The notes: generated by a model from the letters alone, not told the origin. DNA of 64,000 nt from Candidatus Rokuibacteriota bacterium (GCA_016209635.1 JACQWC010000221.1:30859-94858); one strand, 5' to 3'; numbered from the stretch's first letter, positions 45,142-54,559 are shown. Translations and numbers: made by a program.

Positions 45142-46005
45142 TCAGCCCTTGACGGCGCCAGCCGTGAGGCCGGAGACGTAGTAGTCGAGGAAGAAGACGT
45201 AGCAGATCACGATCGGGACGCTCGCCAGCACCGCCCCCGCCATGAGCGACCCCCAGTAGTAGATGTCGCCCCGGATGAGGTCCGACGTCACGCCCACAAC
45301 GGCGGTCTTGTTCGCGGTCTGCGACACGAAGGTGAGCGCGTAGATGAACTCGTTCCAGGTGAGGGTGAAGCCGAACAGGGCCGCGCACACCACGCCTGGA
45401 ATGGCCATGGGCAGGACGATCCGGAAGAGCGTCTGCATGCGGGTGGCGCCGTCCACCAGCGCGCACTCCTCGACCTCTCGGGGGATCGTCCGGAAGTAGC
45501 CCATCAAGAGCCACGTGGAGAACGGGATCAGGAAGGTGGGGTAGGTCACGATCAGCGCCCAGATCGTGTCCGAGATGCCGAGCCAGACCACGACCTGGGA
45601 GAGCGGCAGGAAGAGGAGCGTCGGCGGCACCAGGTAGGTGACGAACACCGCCGTGCCGAACGAGCCCACCCCGGGGAAGCGCAGCCGCGCCAGGCTGTAG
45701 CCGGCCAGGATGGAGATCAGCAGCGAGGCCGAGGTGGCGACCAGGCTGATCACGAGGCTGTTCTTCATCCACGTGAAGAAGTCGGTCTGCTGGAACAGGT
45801 AACGGTAGTGGTCCGTGATCACGCCGGTCTGGACCCAGAACGGGATCGATTTCAGATTGTACAGCTCCGCGTTCGACTTCAGCGACGTCACGACCATGAA
45901 ATAGAAGGGAAAGAGCGCGAAGAAGACGAACGGGACGAGGTTCGCATACCCGAAGGCGGCTGACCGGATCCCGGCTGCGCGGCTCTGGGCGCTCGCCACC
46001 GTCAC
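45142..46005 (-). CDS. Carbohydrate ABC transporter permease (MalG-like)
   Basis: C-terminal 287 aa of track ORF 45142..47733. GTG at 46005 overlaps the upstream TGA. EAA loop ...EECALVDGATRMQTLFRIVLPMAIPG. Confidence 0.9.
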   Translation of the reverse strand: MTVASAQSRAAGIRSAAFGYANLVPFVFFALFPFYFMVVTSLKSNAELYNLKSIPFWVQTGVITDHYRYLFQQTDFFTWMKNSLVISLVATSASLLISILAGYSLARLRFPGVGSFGTAVFVTYLVPPTLLFLPLSQVVVWLGISDTIWALIVTYPTFLIPFSTWLLMGYFRTIPREVEECALVDGATRMQTLFRIVLPMAIPGVVCAALFGFTLTWNEFIYALTFVSQTANKTAVVGVTSDLIRGDIYYWGSLMAGAVLASVPIVICYVFFLDYYVSGLTAGAVKG

Positions 46006-46940
46006 TCCCGCCGGATGTACCGCAGCTGGAAGAAGACGACGGCCGCGAGCATCGGGAACAGGAACAGCGAGATCGCCGCCCCCTGTCCGAGGTTGCCGCC
46101 GTTCAGCCCCACCTGGTAGGCCAGGGTGGCGAAGAGATGGGTCGAGTTGACCGGACCGCCTCGGGTGAGGATGTACACGATGTTGAAATCGCTGAAGGTG
46201 AAGATCGTCGAGAAGAGGACGACGACGGCGATGACCGGCTTCAGGAGGGGCAACGTCACGTGGAAGAACCGGCCCCACGAGCTGGCGCCGTCCACCTCGG
46301 CGGCCTCGTAGTATTCGCGGGGGATCGAGACCAGGCCGGCGAGCGTCGTGATGGCGAAGAAGGGGAGACCGCGCCAGACGTTGACGGTGATGACGGCGGT
46401 CATCGCGTACCCCGACATGCCGAGCCAGTTGGGCCCCGGGGGATTTATCAGGCCGAGGCGGATCGCCGTCCAGTTCACGACGCTGTAGAGCGAGTCGAAC
46501 ATCCACCACCAGGCCAGCGTCGACAGCGCCGTCGGGATGACCCAAGGGAGGAGGACGGCGCCGCGGAGCAGCCGCTTGAACCGGAGGTTCCGCGCGAGGA
46601 GGAGCGCCAGCCACACGCCCAGCACGCTCTTGAGCGTGACGGCGATCGCGGTGAAGACGAACGAGTTCCAGACCGTCTGGCGGAAGACCTCGTTGCCCAG
46701 GATCGCGCGGAAGTTCTCGAGGCCGACGAACTTCCCAGGCGAGCCGACCCAGTAGTCGGACAGGCTGAAGTAGATGGCCATCCCGAAGGGGTAGGCGACC
46801 AGGCAGATGAGGAGCGTGAGGGCGGGCAGGATGAGGCCGTAGCCGAACACATGCTCCTGCTCCCACCACTCGCGGGCGCGCGCGAGGTGGCCGACTCGTG
46901 GGAGCCCGGCCACCTCGAGCGCGCGCGGACCAACGGCCAT
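46002..46940 (-). CDS. Carbohydrate ABC transporter permease (MalF-like)
   Basis: 312 aa. EAA loop YEAAEVDGASSWGRFFHVTLPLLKP. Confidence 0.9.
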   Translation of the reverse strand: MAVGPRALEVAGLPRVGHLARAREWWEQEHVFGYGLILPALTLLICLVAYPFGMAIYFSLSDYWVGSPGKFVGLENFRAILGNEVFRQTVWNSFVFTAIAVTLKSVLGVWLALLLARNLRFKRLLRGAVLLPWVIPTALSTLAWWWMFDSLYSVVNWTAIRLGLINPPGPNWLGMSGYAMTAVITVNVWRGLPFFAITTLAGLVSIPREYYEAAEVDGASSWGRFFHVTLPLLKPVIAVVVLFSTIFTFSDFNIVYILTRGGPVNSTHLFATLAYQVGLNGGNLGQGAAISLFLFPMLAAVVFFQLRYIRRE

Positions 46941-46946
46941 GCGCGC

Positions 46947-48242
46947 CTAACCGACCTTGAGGCGGCCCTGCACGGCCAGAGCTATCTGATCCTGCGCCCA
47001 CTCCATCACGCGCTTGGTGGGCATCCCGTTGATCGCCTTGGCGAGCATATCGGGGAGGATGTAGTTGGAGTCGATCAACTGGACCGACGGGTTGGGCTTG
47101 GCCGGCCAGCCCCGCGGGTGGGCGTACTCCGCTTCTCCGGGGAGCATCGCGAACTTCGGGTTCCGGGCCCAGATCGGATGGTCGGCGAAGTGCTTGAGTG
47201 GCGGGTGGTTGAAGGCGTTGGAGGCGACGATCCAGGCGTCGAAGTTCTCCTTGCGGTAGAGGAACTGGATGAACTCCTTCGCCAGGTCGACGTTCTTCGA
47301 GAATTTCCAGATCCCCAGCCCCAGGATGGGCGGCGCCGAGTGGGTCCCGGCCGGCCCCGCCGGGCTGGCGTGGTGATTGATGTCGTCGGCGATGGGCTGC
47401 TTGTTGGCGAGGGCGGCGTTGTAGGGGCTGATCGGGTTGTGGATCCAGGAGCCCTTGCCCGAGAGGATGAACCGGTTGTTCGAGGCGTCGTCCCACGAGA
47501 GCACCTCGGGCTCCATGGCGTCCCTGTAGAGTTCCTTGTACCACTCGATGACCTGCGCGGTCTTGTCCGAGTTGATCCCCGGGGTCTTGCCGTCCGCTTC
47601 GAGCACCTTCCCGCCGTAGGACCAAGCCACCGACCAGTACGTCGTGTTGGCGTCGGAGCAATGGCTGACGGGGATCCCGACCGGGTTGCCCTGCTTCTTG
47701 AGGCTCTTCCCTTGCTTCAGGAGCTCCGCCCACGTCTTCGGCGTCTCGAGGCCAGCCTTCTTGAAGTGGGCCTGGTTGTAGGTGGCCGGGAAGGAGATCC
47801 AGAACCAGGGGACGCCTCGCCAGCCCGACTTGGTCTCGTGGGCCTCGGCCGCGAACGGATACCAGCCGCCGTACTGCCTGCCGAGCTTGTCGACCAGGTC
47901 GCCCACGTCGGCCAGGAGGTTCTCGTAGAGGAACGGCACGACGTTGTGGGTCCGGATCATGTCGTGGCCCGACTGCGACTGGGCCTCGGCCGCGAACTTG
48001 GCATCGAGCTGGAGGTGGGCGATGGTGTCGACCCGCACCGTGACCCCGGCCTGCTTGCCGAAGGCCTCGGCCTGCTTTCGGAGCTCCACATCGGCGGCGG
48101 GAACGAAGTGGTTCCAGGAGAGGAACGTCAGCTCGCGCTTCTGCGCGAACGCGGGCGGCGTCCGGAGAGCGAGCCAGGAGGCCATCCCGGCGGTCGCACC
48201 GGCGGTCGTCCGGAGGAACTGTCGACGCGAGGTCCTGGTCAT
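46947..48242 (-). CDS. ABC transporter extracellular solute-binding protein (family 1, sugar type) with Tat signal
   Basis: ATG at 48242 with AAGGAG upstream. MTRTSRRQFLRTTAGATAGMASWLALRTPPAFA twin-arginine signal. Confidence 0.88.
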   Translation of the reverse strand: MTRTSRRQFLRTTAGATAGMASWLALRTPPAFAQKRELTFLSWNHFVPAADVELRKQAEAFGKQAGVTVRVDTIAHLQLDAKFAAEAQSQSGHDMIRTHNVVPFLYENLLADVGDLVDKLGRQYGGWYPFAAEAHETKSGWRGVPWFWISFPATYNQAHFKKAGLETPKTWAELLKQGKSLKKQGNPVGIPVSHCSDANTTYWSVAWSYGGKVLEADGKTPGINSDKTAQVIEWYKELYRDAMEPEVLSWDDASNNRFILSGKGSWIHNPISPYNAALANKQPIADDINHHASPAGPAGTHSAPPILGLGIWKFSKNVDLAKEFIQFLYRKENFDAWIVASNAFNHPPLKHFADHPIWARNPKFAMLPGEAEYAHPRGWPAKPNPSVQLIDSNYILPDMLAKAINGMPTKRVMEWAQDQIALAVQGRLKVG

Positions 48243-48334
48243 AGGGGCTCCTTCATCATCCGGGGGTTGGGTGAAGGTCTGGTGGGTGACGCCGGGGCTC
48301 TCTCTCACCCCCTCACGGCTCGGACGGTGGTTCG

Positions 48335-48364
48335 CTTCTACCACCCGCGGCGGGAGACTGTCAA
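48335..48364 (-). promoter_or_regulatory. Sigma70-like promoter candidate TTGACA-N18-TAGAAG overlapping the selenoprotein stop codon
   Basis: The minus strand reads GATTGACAGTCTCCCGCCGCGGGTGGTAGAAG. The -10 is also part of a small hairpin GGTGGT-N8-ACCACC. Confidence 0.3.
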
Positions 48365-49233
48365 TCGAGATGGTCGGCGGCGGCGCCCGAGCCCTGGGCG
48401 CGGCCGAGCGGGCGCTCGGCGAACCCCGTCTGGACCGCCTTCCCCACGCCGTAGAGCTCGAAGTCGGGGCCGAAGTCCCGGTCCTCCCAGGCGTGATCGT
48501 CGGGATCCCAGACGTAGGGCAGGCTCAGGATCTGGCCCGGCTCCCAGAGCGTCTCGAACGCCCGGAGCGCGTCGAGGAGGATGCGGCGCTGGAGCGGCGG
48601 GTCGTGGGGCTTGCCCGTCTGGTGATTGAGGGGGAAATTCAGGAAGACGGCGCGGGGCGGGCGGACCGCGAACGTGATGTCCCACGCCGAGCTCATGCAG
48701 AGCGTCGGGATCCCCGCCCTCTCGATCTCGCGCGCGGTCAGTCCGACGGACTGGTGGCAGACCGGTCAGACGGGGACGAGGAGGACCGCGTCGACTGCCA
48801 TCCGTCCCAGATCCGCGAGGATCTCCGCGGCCCGGCCGATGTCCCGGCGCGCCGAGTAGAAGGTGACGAAGCTCACCGCATAATCCGCGAGCCCGCCGAT
48901 GACGCCAGCGGCCGCCAGTTCCCTGAGCCGCTCCAGCGGGAAGATGCAGTTCGGATCCCGGTCGGGGTCGTCGTCCCGGTACCCATGGTGGTAGATCCTG
49001 AGCTCACGCACGTCGACGTCCACCGGGATCAGCCGGTACGACGGGTCGTTCTCCTCGAAGGGCGGCTGGCCCTTCGCGTAGAAGCCGCCCGAGCTGATCA
49101 GCGCGAGCCGGCAATCGCGGAGCGGCCTCGCCAGCGGCGTCCACGGCGCGTCGGTGTTCACCACCCAGTTGAACGGCGGGTACTGCGCGTACCGCTCACG
49201 GGTTCGCTGGATGTAGGCGATCGGCACGGTCAC
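48361..49233 (-). CDS. GrdB/PrdB-family (glycine/sarcosine/betaine/D-proline reductase B-like) candidate selenoprotein; TGA at 48766..48768 read as Sec
   Basis: Track ORFs 48766..49233 and 48361..48696 share one frame. They are separated only by that TGA and 23 sense codons. The joined sequence reads ...AVDAVLLVPV-U-PVCHQSVGLTAREIERAGIPTLCMSSAWDITFAV...FPLNHQTGKP.... A GTG start at 49227 has better SD spacing than 49233. Confidence 0.7.
48735..48768 (-). promoter_or_regulatory. TGA(Sec) codon plus SECIS-like stem-loop immediately downstream
   Basis: The minus strand reads UGA-C-CGGUC-UGCCAC-CAGUCC-GUC-GGACUG-ACCG. Inner 6-bp stem CAGTCC/GGACTG with a GUC loop; outer CGGTC/GACCG, sharing one G. 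Confidence 0.5.
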
Positions 49234-49249
49234 CTCCTCGGCGAGGGGA

Positions 49250-50170
49250 TCAGAGTTCGGGACGGCACACGGCGCGGAAGTTGCACCACTTGCAGATCCG
49301 CAGATCCTCGGTCCGCTCGAAGTCGGTGATCGCCGCGACGTTCGCCTCCGGGTCCGCGAGGTAGGCCTTCATCGAGCGGATCGAGAGGCGGAGCTGCTCC
49401 TGGATCGCCTCGAGGCGCTCGTCGTCCCAGCGGAGCGGCGTGACCTGGGGCTCCCGGAGGTTCGCCTCGTAGAGATCGACGTCGCGCGGCGCCACGCCCA
49501 GCACCGCCTGCGCGTACAGGGCGTAGCAGCCGAGCTGGAAGGCCGCCGCGTCCGGGTTGGCGCCGCCGGTCTTCCAGTCCACCAGCGCGAGCCGGCCCTC
49601 CCCGGTCCAGAAGCCGAAGTCCGGGGCGATCCAGATCTGCGTCCCCTCGAAGTCGAAGACCTTGGACCAGTGCTCGATCGACCAGTGCTCGGGCGACGTG
49701 CGGCGGATCGTCGCGAGGAGCGGGAGCCGGAAGAAGTTCCTCAGACAGGTGGAGACGTTCCGGGAGAGCGCCTGCCAGGCCTCGGGCGGGAGGTCCACCG
49801 CGTACTCGTGCTCGAAGAGGGCCACGGTCTTCGGGTTCTCCCGGTAGCGGCCCGCCCTGGAACTCTTCCACTCGCCGCGCATGCGCTCGATCACGTCGCG
49901 GATGAAGGGCTCCACCGGGATGTCGCGGCCGTCCCGGAAGGCGTGGAGCGCCATCTCGACCGCGTCGTGGACCACGCGTCCCGCCCACTGCTGCCGCGAG
50001 GAGAGCTGCTTGAGGATGTACAGGCGCCGGACCTCAGCGGGCGCGTCGGCCTCCCAGCCGCCCCAGGAGCCGTAGTAGCGGTAGAAGTACCTCCGGCGGC
50101 ACTCCTGGAACGTGCTGTCGCGGCTCCGGGACCAGGAGAAGTCGTTGGTCAGCGCCGGCATCGCCCGCAT
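49250..50170 (-). CDS. PD-(D/E)XK nuclease (Cas4/AddB-nuclease-like) with 4-Cys Fe-S cluster signature
   Basis: 306 aa. N-terminal FQECRRRYFYRYY, core LVDWKTG and QLGCYALY, C-terminal CKWCNFRAVC. Confidence 0.78.
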   Translation of the reverse strand: MRAMPALTNDFSWSRSRDSTFQECRRRYFYRYYGSWGGWEADAPAEVRRLYILKQLSSRQQWAGRVVHDAVEMALHAFRDGRDIPVEPFIRDVIERMRGEWKSSRAGRYRENPKTVALFEHEYAVDLPPEAWQALSRNVSTCLRNFFRLPLLATIRRTSPEHWSIEHWSKVFDFEGTQIWIAPDFGFWTGEGRLALVDWKTGGANPDAAAFQLGCYALYAQAVLGVAPRDVDLYEANLREPQVTPLRWDDERLEAIQEQLRLSIRSMKAYLADPEANVAAITDFERTEDLRICKWCNFRAVCRPEL

Positions 50171-50280
50171 TCTACGTCCTCCCGGCCCCGCGCACGAGCG
50201 GGACCTCGGCTCTTGTGGCCATCGGGACGCCCGTGGTACGTTTGCCGCGCTTCTGAACCCAACCCCGAGGGAGCACGACC

Positions 50281-50472
50281 ATGCCGTTCGTCAACATCCG
50301 GCTGTACGAGGGACACGGGAAGGACCGCAAGGACGAGATCGCCCGGCGCGTGACCGACGCCGTCTCGGACGTGTGCAAGGTGCCCCGGGAGGCGGTCTGG
50401 GTCGTCTTCGAGGACGTCCCCCCGCCCGACTGGTACGTGGCCGGGAGCCCCGGGAAACCCGTCCAGAAGTGA
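50281..50472 (+). CDS. 4-oxalocrotonate tautomerase family enzyme
   Basis: 63 aa. MPFVNIRLYEG with catalytic Pro1. GAGGGAG SD. Confidence 0.88.
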   Translation: MPFVNIRLYEGHGKDRKDEIARRVTDAVSDVCKVPREAVWVVFEDVPPPDWYVAGSPGKPVQK

Positions 50473-51311
50473 GCCGGGAGTTCGAGAAGCTCGGGACCGG
50501 GTTCCTCTTCACCGAGGGCCCCGTCTGGCACCCGGTAGGCAAGTTCCTCCTGTTCAGCGACATGCCCGGGGACCACATGCGCCGGTGGTCGGCCCGGGAC
50601 GGCGTGACCACCTTCCGCAAGCCGTCCAGCATGGCGAACGGGAACACCTATGACCGGCAGGGGCGCCTCCTCACCTGCGAGCACGCGACGAGCCGGGTGA
50701 CGCGGACCGAACCCGACGGCCGAATCGTGCCGGTCGTGACGCACTTTCGCGGCAAGCAGCTCAACAGCCCGAACGACATCGTCTGCCGGAGCGACGGCGG
50801 CATCTACTTCACGGACCCGCCCTACGGGCGCCTCAAGTTCTACGGCGTCGAGCGGCCGCAGGAGCTCGACTTCCAGGGGGTCTTTCGGGTCGGCGGCGAC
50901 CCCGGCAGCCCGGAGCTGCTCGTGGACGACTTCGACCGGCCGAACGGCCTCTGCTTCTCCCTCGACGAGTCCCGCCTCTACATCAACGACACGGCCCGCA
51001 AGCACATCCGGGTGTTCGACGTCGCGCCGAACGGCACGCTCCGGAGCGGCCGGGTCTGGGCGGAAACCAAGGGGGACAAGCCCGGCGCGCCCGACGGCAT
51101 GAAGATCGACGCCGCGTCCACCCTCTACTGCACGGGCCCGGGCGGCATCCACGTCTTCGGCCCCGACGCGAGCCTGCGGGAGGTCATCGAGGTGCCGGAG
51201 TACACCGCGAACTTCACGTGGGGCGACGACGACTTCCGGTCGCTCTTCATCACCGCCTCGACATCGCTCTACCGGACCCGGACGACGGGCCCGGGTCGGC
51301 CCGTGTTCTGA
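50469..51311 (+). CDS. SMP-30/gluconolactonase/LRE-family protein
   Basis: GTG at 50469 overlaps the upstream TGA. FTEGPVWHP, NGNTYDRQGRLLTCEH, NSPNDIVCRSDGGIYFTDP, PNGLCFS, PDGMKID. Confidence 0.88.
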   Translation: MSREFEKLGTGFLFTEGPVWHPVGKFLLFSDMPGDHMRRWSARDGVTTFRKPSSMANGNTYDRQGRLLTCEHATSRVTRTEPDGRIVPVVTHFRGKQLNSPNDIVCRSDGGIYFTDPPYGRLKFYGVERPQELDFQGVFRVGGDPGSPELLVDDFDRPNGLCFSLDESRLYINDTARKHIRVFDVAPNGTLRSGRVWAETKGDKPGAPDGMKIDAASTLYCTGPGGIHVFGPDASLREVIEVPEYTANFTWGDDDFRSLFITASTSLYRTRTTGPGRPVF

Positions 51312-51348
51312 GGCGCATCGGTCCCTCTCACCGCTGAAGGAGGTTTCC

Positions 51349-52542
51349 ATGCGACGACGCGTATTCCTGGTCGCCCTGCTGGCGACGGCGCTGCTCCTCC
51401 CCGTCGGGAGCGACGCGCAGAAGCCGATCAAGGTCGGGTTCCCCATGATCCTGTCCGGCCCCGGCGCGCTCTTCGGCGAGCCCGCGCTCAAGGGCGCGCA
51501 GATGTTCGTCGAGGAGCTGAACGCCAAGGGCGGCGTGCTCGGGCGGAAGATCGAGCTCCACCCGCGCGACACCAAGGGCAACGCCGACGAGGCCGTGCGG
51601 GTCTCGCGCGAGCTGATCCTCAAGGAGAACGTCGACTTCCTGGTCGGCACGCTCACCTCCGCCGAGGGGCCCGCGGTGTCGGTCGTCGCCAAGGAGAACA
51701 AGATCGTCTTCATCGCCCCCATCCCCAAGACCGACCAGCTCACGGCGCCCGACAAGCTGCACCCCTACGTCTTCCGGGTGGCCTCGACGACCACGATCGA
51801 GGGGCGGACGGCCGCCGAGCTGATCGCGGGCTGGAACGTGAAGCGGGTCGCCACGATCAGCCCCGACTACGCGTACGGCCAGGACGTCACCCGAGCGTTC
51901 GTCGAATACATGAAGAAGATCAAGCCCGGCGTCGAGATCGTGGACCAGCAGTGGCCCAAGCTGGGCGAGGCCGACTACACGCCGTTCATCAACGCGCAGA
52001 TGGCGAAGAAGCCCGAGGCGGTCTTCTCCTCGCTCTGGGGCGGGCACTTCGTGACCTTCGCCAAGCAGGCCAAGCCGCTCGGCTACTTCGACGCCATCAA
52101 GTACAACTTCTTCGGCGCGGGCGAGGCGGCGTCACCCGAGTCGACGAAGTCCATGGGCGCCGACTACCCGGTGGGGATCTGGGGCAACTCCTACGACGCC
52201 TTCTACTGGCAGGAGGGCCCCGCCGCCCACAAGGAATACACGGCCCGGCTGAGCAAGTACCTGAAGGACGAGTACCCCTCCTCGTGGGCGATCCAGGGCT
52301 ACATCGGCATGCAGGCGCTGACGGAGGCGATCAAGAAGGCCGGCTCGATCGAGTCCGACAAGGTCTCCAAGGCGCTCCTCGGCCTCACGATCGAGACCCC
52401 GCACGGCAAGCTCACCCTCCGCGCGAAGGACCACCAGGCGAACCGAGCGCAGATCTACGGCAAGACGGTCCGGGATCCGAAGTACCCGTTCGCGATCATG
52501 AAGCCGGCCGTGTACGTGGATCCCACGAAATACATGGACTAG
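51349..52542 (+). CDS. ABC transporter substrate-binding protein (LivK/Peripla_BP_6 type)
   Basis: 397 aa. Signal peptide. IKVGFPMILSGPGALFGE. GAAGGAGG SD. Confidence 0.9.
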   Translation: MRRRVFLVALLATALLLPVGSDAQKPIKVGFPMILSGPGALFGEPALKGAQMFVEELNAKGGVLGRKIELHPRDTKGNADEAVRVSRELILKENVDFLVGTLTSAEGPAVSVVAKENKIVFIAPIPKTDQLTAPDKLHPYVFRVASTTTIEGRTAAELIAGWNVKRVATISPDYAYGQDVTRAFVEYMKKIKPGVEIVDQQWPKLGEADYTPFINAQMAKKPEAVFSSLWGGHFVTFAKQAKPLGYFDAIKYNFFGAGEAASPESTKSMGADYPVGIWGNSYDAFYWQEGPAAHKEYTARLSKYLKDEYPSSWAIQGYIGMQALTEAIKKAGSIESDKVSKALLGLTIETPHGKLTLRAKDHQANRAQIYGKTVRDPKYPFAIMKPAVYVDPTKYMD

Positions 52543-52554
52543 CGGCGTTCGTGC

Positions 52555-52631
52555 GCGGTACGCGAAGCGGGGAGGGGCTGCGGCTTCAGGAACGACACTT
52601 CCGCCGCAACCCCTCCCCGCTCCCGTACCGC
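52555..52631 (+). terminator. Very long GC-rich stem-loop (about 25 bp in three segments) between the binding-protein and permease genes; attenuator or mRNA-stabiliser candidate
   Basis: GCGGTACG-CGAA-GCGGGGAGGGG-C-TGCGGC-(18-nt loop)-GCCGCA-A-CCCCTCCCCGC-TCC-CGTACCGC, followed by ...GCGCTTCTTTCC. Confidence 0.45.
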
Positions 52632-52703
52632 AAACGGGCGCTTCTTTCCACGATCACGCGTGATGCCGAACGTGGCTGAGTCTGATCGCGACCGATTCTG
52701 ATC

Positions 52704-53591
52704 GTGCCCGACGCTTCCTTCATCTTCGCGCAGTCGCTGAGCGGCCTCACCGCCGCGATGTTCCTCTTCCTCATCGCCTCCGGACTCTCGCTCATCTTCG
52801 GCGTCCTGCGGGTGCTCAACTTCGCCCACGGCTCCTTCTACATGCTCGGCGCCTACCTCGCCTGGCAGGTGGTCCGCTGGGCGGGCACCGGGCCCGGACG
52901 CTTCTGGTGGGCGGCCCTGGGCGCGGCCCTCGGCGTCGCCGTCCTCGGCGGCCTGGTGGAGCGACTCCTGCTGCGCCACCTCTACGGCAAGGAGGAGCTG
53001 TACCAGCTCCTCTTCACCTACGCGCTCGTGCTGGTCATCTCCGACGCGGCGAAGGTCACCTGGGGCACCGGCCAGCTCTCGGTCTCGCGTCCGCCCGGGC
53101 TGAGCGGCGCCCTCCACCTCTTCGGCACGATCATCCCGCACTACAACCTCTTCGTCCTCCTGCTCGGGCCGGCGATCGCGCTCGTGTTCTGGGTGATCCT
53201 CCACCGCACGCGGCTCGGCCGGCTGATCCGCGCGGCGGCCCTCGACCGGGAGATGCTCGGGGCGCTGGGCGTCAACGTGAGCCGGCTCTACACGGGCGTG
53301 TTCGTCCTCGGGTCCTTCCTGGCGGGCCTCGGTGGGGCACTCGTCACTCCGGTGAAGACGATCGTCCCGGGCATGGACGTCGAGATCATCGTCGAGGCGT
53401 TCATCGTGGTGGTCATCGGCGGCCTCGGCTCCTTCTGGGGGACCCTCCTCGGCGCGCTCATCTACGGCCAGGTGCTCTCCTTCGGGATCCTGATCTTCCC
53501 CCGCTTCTCGATCTTCTCCGTGTTCGCCCTCATGGCGGTGGTGCTGATCCTCAGGCCGTGGGGGCTGCTCGGCCGCCCACTCAAGGCATGA
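52704..53591 (+). CDS. Branched-chain amino acid-type ABC permease (LivH-like)
   Basis: 295 aa, polytopic. GTG start. Confidence 0.9.
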   Translation: MPDASFIFAQSLSGLTAAMFLFLIASGLSLIFGVLRVLNFAHGSFYMLGAYLAWQVVRWAGTGPGRFWWAALGAALGVAVLGGLVERLLLRHLYGKEELYQLLFTYALVLVISDAAKVTWGTGQLSVSRPPGLSGALHLFGTIIPHYNLFVLLLGPAIALVFWVILHRTRLGRLIRAAALDREMLGALGVNVSRLYTGVFVLGSFLAGLGGALVTPVKTIVPGMDVEIIVEAFIVVVIGGLGSFWGTLLGALIYGQVLSFGILIFPRFSIFSVFALMAVVLILRPWGLLGRPLKA

Positions 53592-54559
53592 GCGCGCTCG
53601 GCCGGATCCCCTGGGGAGGTCTCACGCTCCTGGCCGCGCTCTGCGTGCCGGCGCTCGGCTCCCGCTTCTACACCTTCGTCGCGACGGACGTCGCGATCCT
53701 CGCCCTCTTCGCGGTGAGCCTGAACCTCCTGCTGGGCTACACGGGACTCGTCTCGTTCGGCCACGCCGCGTACTTCGGGATCGGGGCGTACGGATGCGGC
53801 ATCCTCATGAAGAAGCTCGGCGTGTCCTTCGTCCTCGCGTTCCCCGCCGGCGGGGCGCTCGCCGGGCTCCTGGCGCTCGTCTTCGGCTTCTTCTGCGTGC
53901 GACTGACCAAGATCTACTTCGCGATGCTGACCCTCGCGTTCGCCCAGATCGTGTGGGCCATCTGCTTCAAGTGGAACGACGTGACGGGCGGCGAGCAGGG
54001 CATGCCGGAGATCCCCTACCCCGACCTCGCCTGGATGGGACGGCTGCCCCTCCTCGCCGACTGGCGGACGAGCGACCACTTCTACGTCCTCACCGTGGTG
54101 CTGGTCGCCGCCTGCCTCGCGGTGCTGCGGCGGATCGTCGGGTCGCCGTTCGGCCGGATGCTCACGACCATCCGCGAGAACCCGGAGCGCGCCGAGTTCA
54201 TCGGCGTGAACGTCCGGCGCTACGAGCTGCTCGCGTTCGTGATCGCCGGCGTCTTCGCCGGGCTCGCGGGCGCGCTCTTCGGCATCTACAACCGCGGCGT
54301 CTTCCCGGACTTCGCCTACTGGCCGAAGTCGTCCGAGGTCCTGATCATGACGATCCTCGGCGGCATGGGCTACTTCTACGGCCCGGTGGTCGGCGCGCTG
54401 GTCCTGCTCGTCCTCAACCAGCAGATCACGTCGTACACGGAGTACTGGCCCGTCGTCCTGGGCACGATCCTCATCGTGCTGCTCTTCGCCTTCCCCGGCG
54501 GCCTCGTGGGGGCGCTCCACGCGGCCGCCCTCCGGCTCGCGAGGCGCCGCCGTGCTTGA
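53588..54559 (+). CDS. Branched-chain amino acid-type ABC permease (LivM-like)
   Basis: ATG at 53588 overlaps the LivH-like TGA (ATGA). LNLLLGYTGLVSFGHAAYFGIGAY. Confidence 0.9.
   Translation: MSALGRIPWGGLTLLAALCVPALGSRFYTFVATDVAILALFAVSLNLLLGYTGLVSFGHAAYFGIGAYGCGILMKKLGVSFVLAFPAGGALAGLLALVFGFFCVRLTKIYFAMLTLAFAQIVWAICFKWNDVTGGEQGMPEIPYPDLAWMGRLPLLADWRTSDHFYVLTVVLVAACLAVLRRIVGSPFGRMLTTIRENPERAEFIGVNVRRYELLAFVIAGVFAGLAGALFGIYNRGVFPDFAYWPKSSEVLIMTILGGMGYFYGPVVGALVLLVLNQQITSYTEYWPVVLGTILIVLLFAFPGGLVGALHAAALRLARRRRA

Noticed and set aside
46137-48629. A plus-strand 830-aa ORF and similar shadows (e.g. 28454..29671, 32485..34110, 34901..36391, 62699..63970)
   Set aside because: For the same reason: they lie antisense to ABC transporter, glmS, kinase, stressosome and radical SAM genes, and they contain no recognisable domains.
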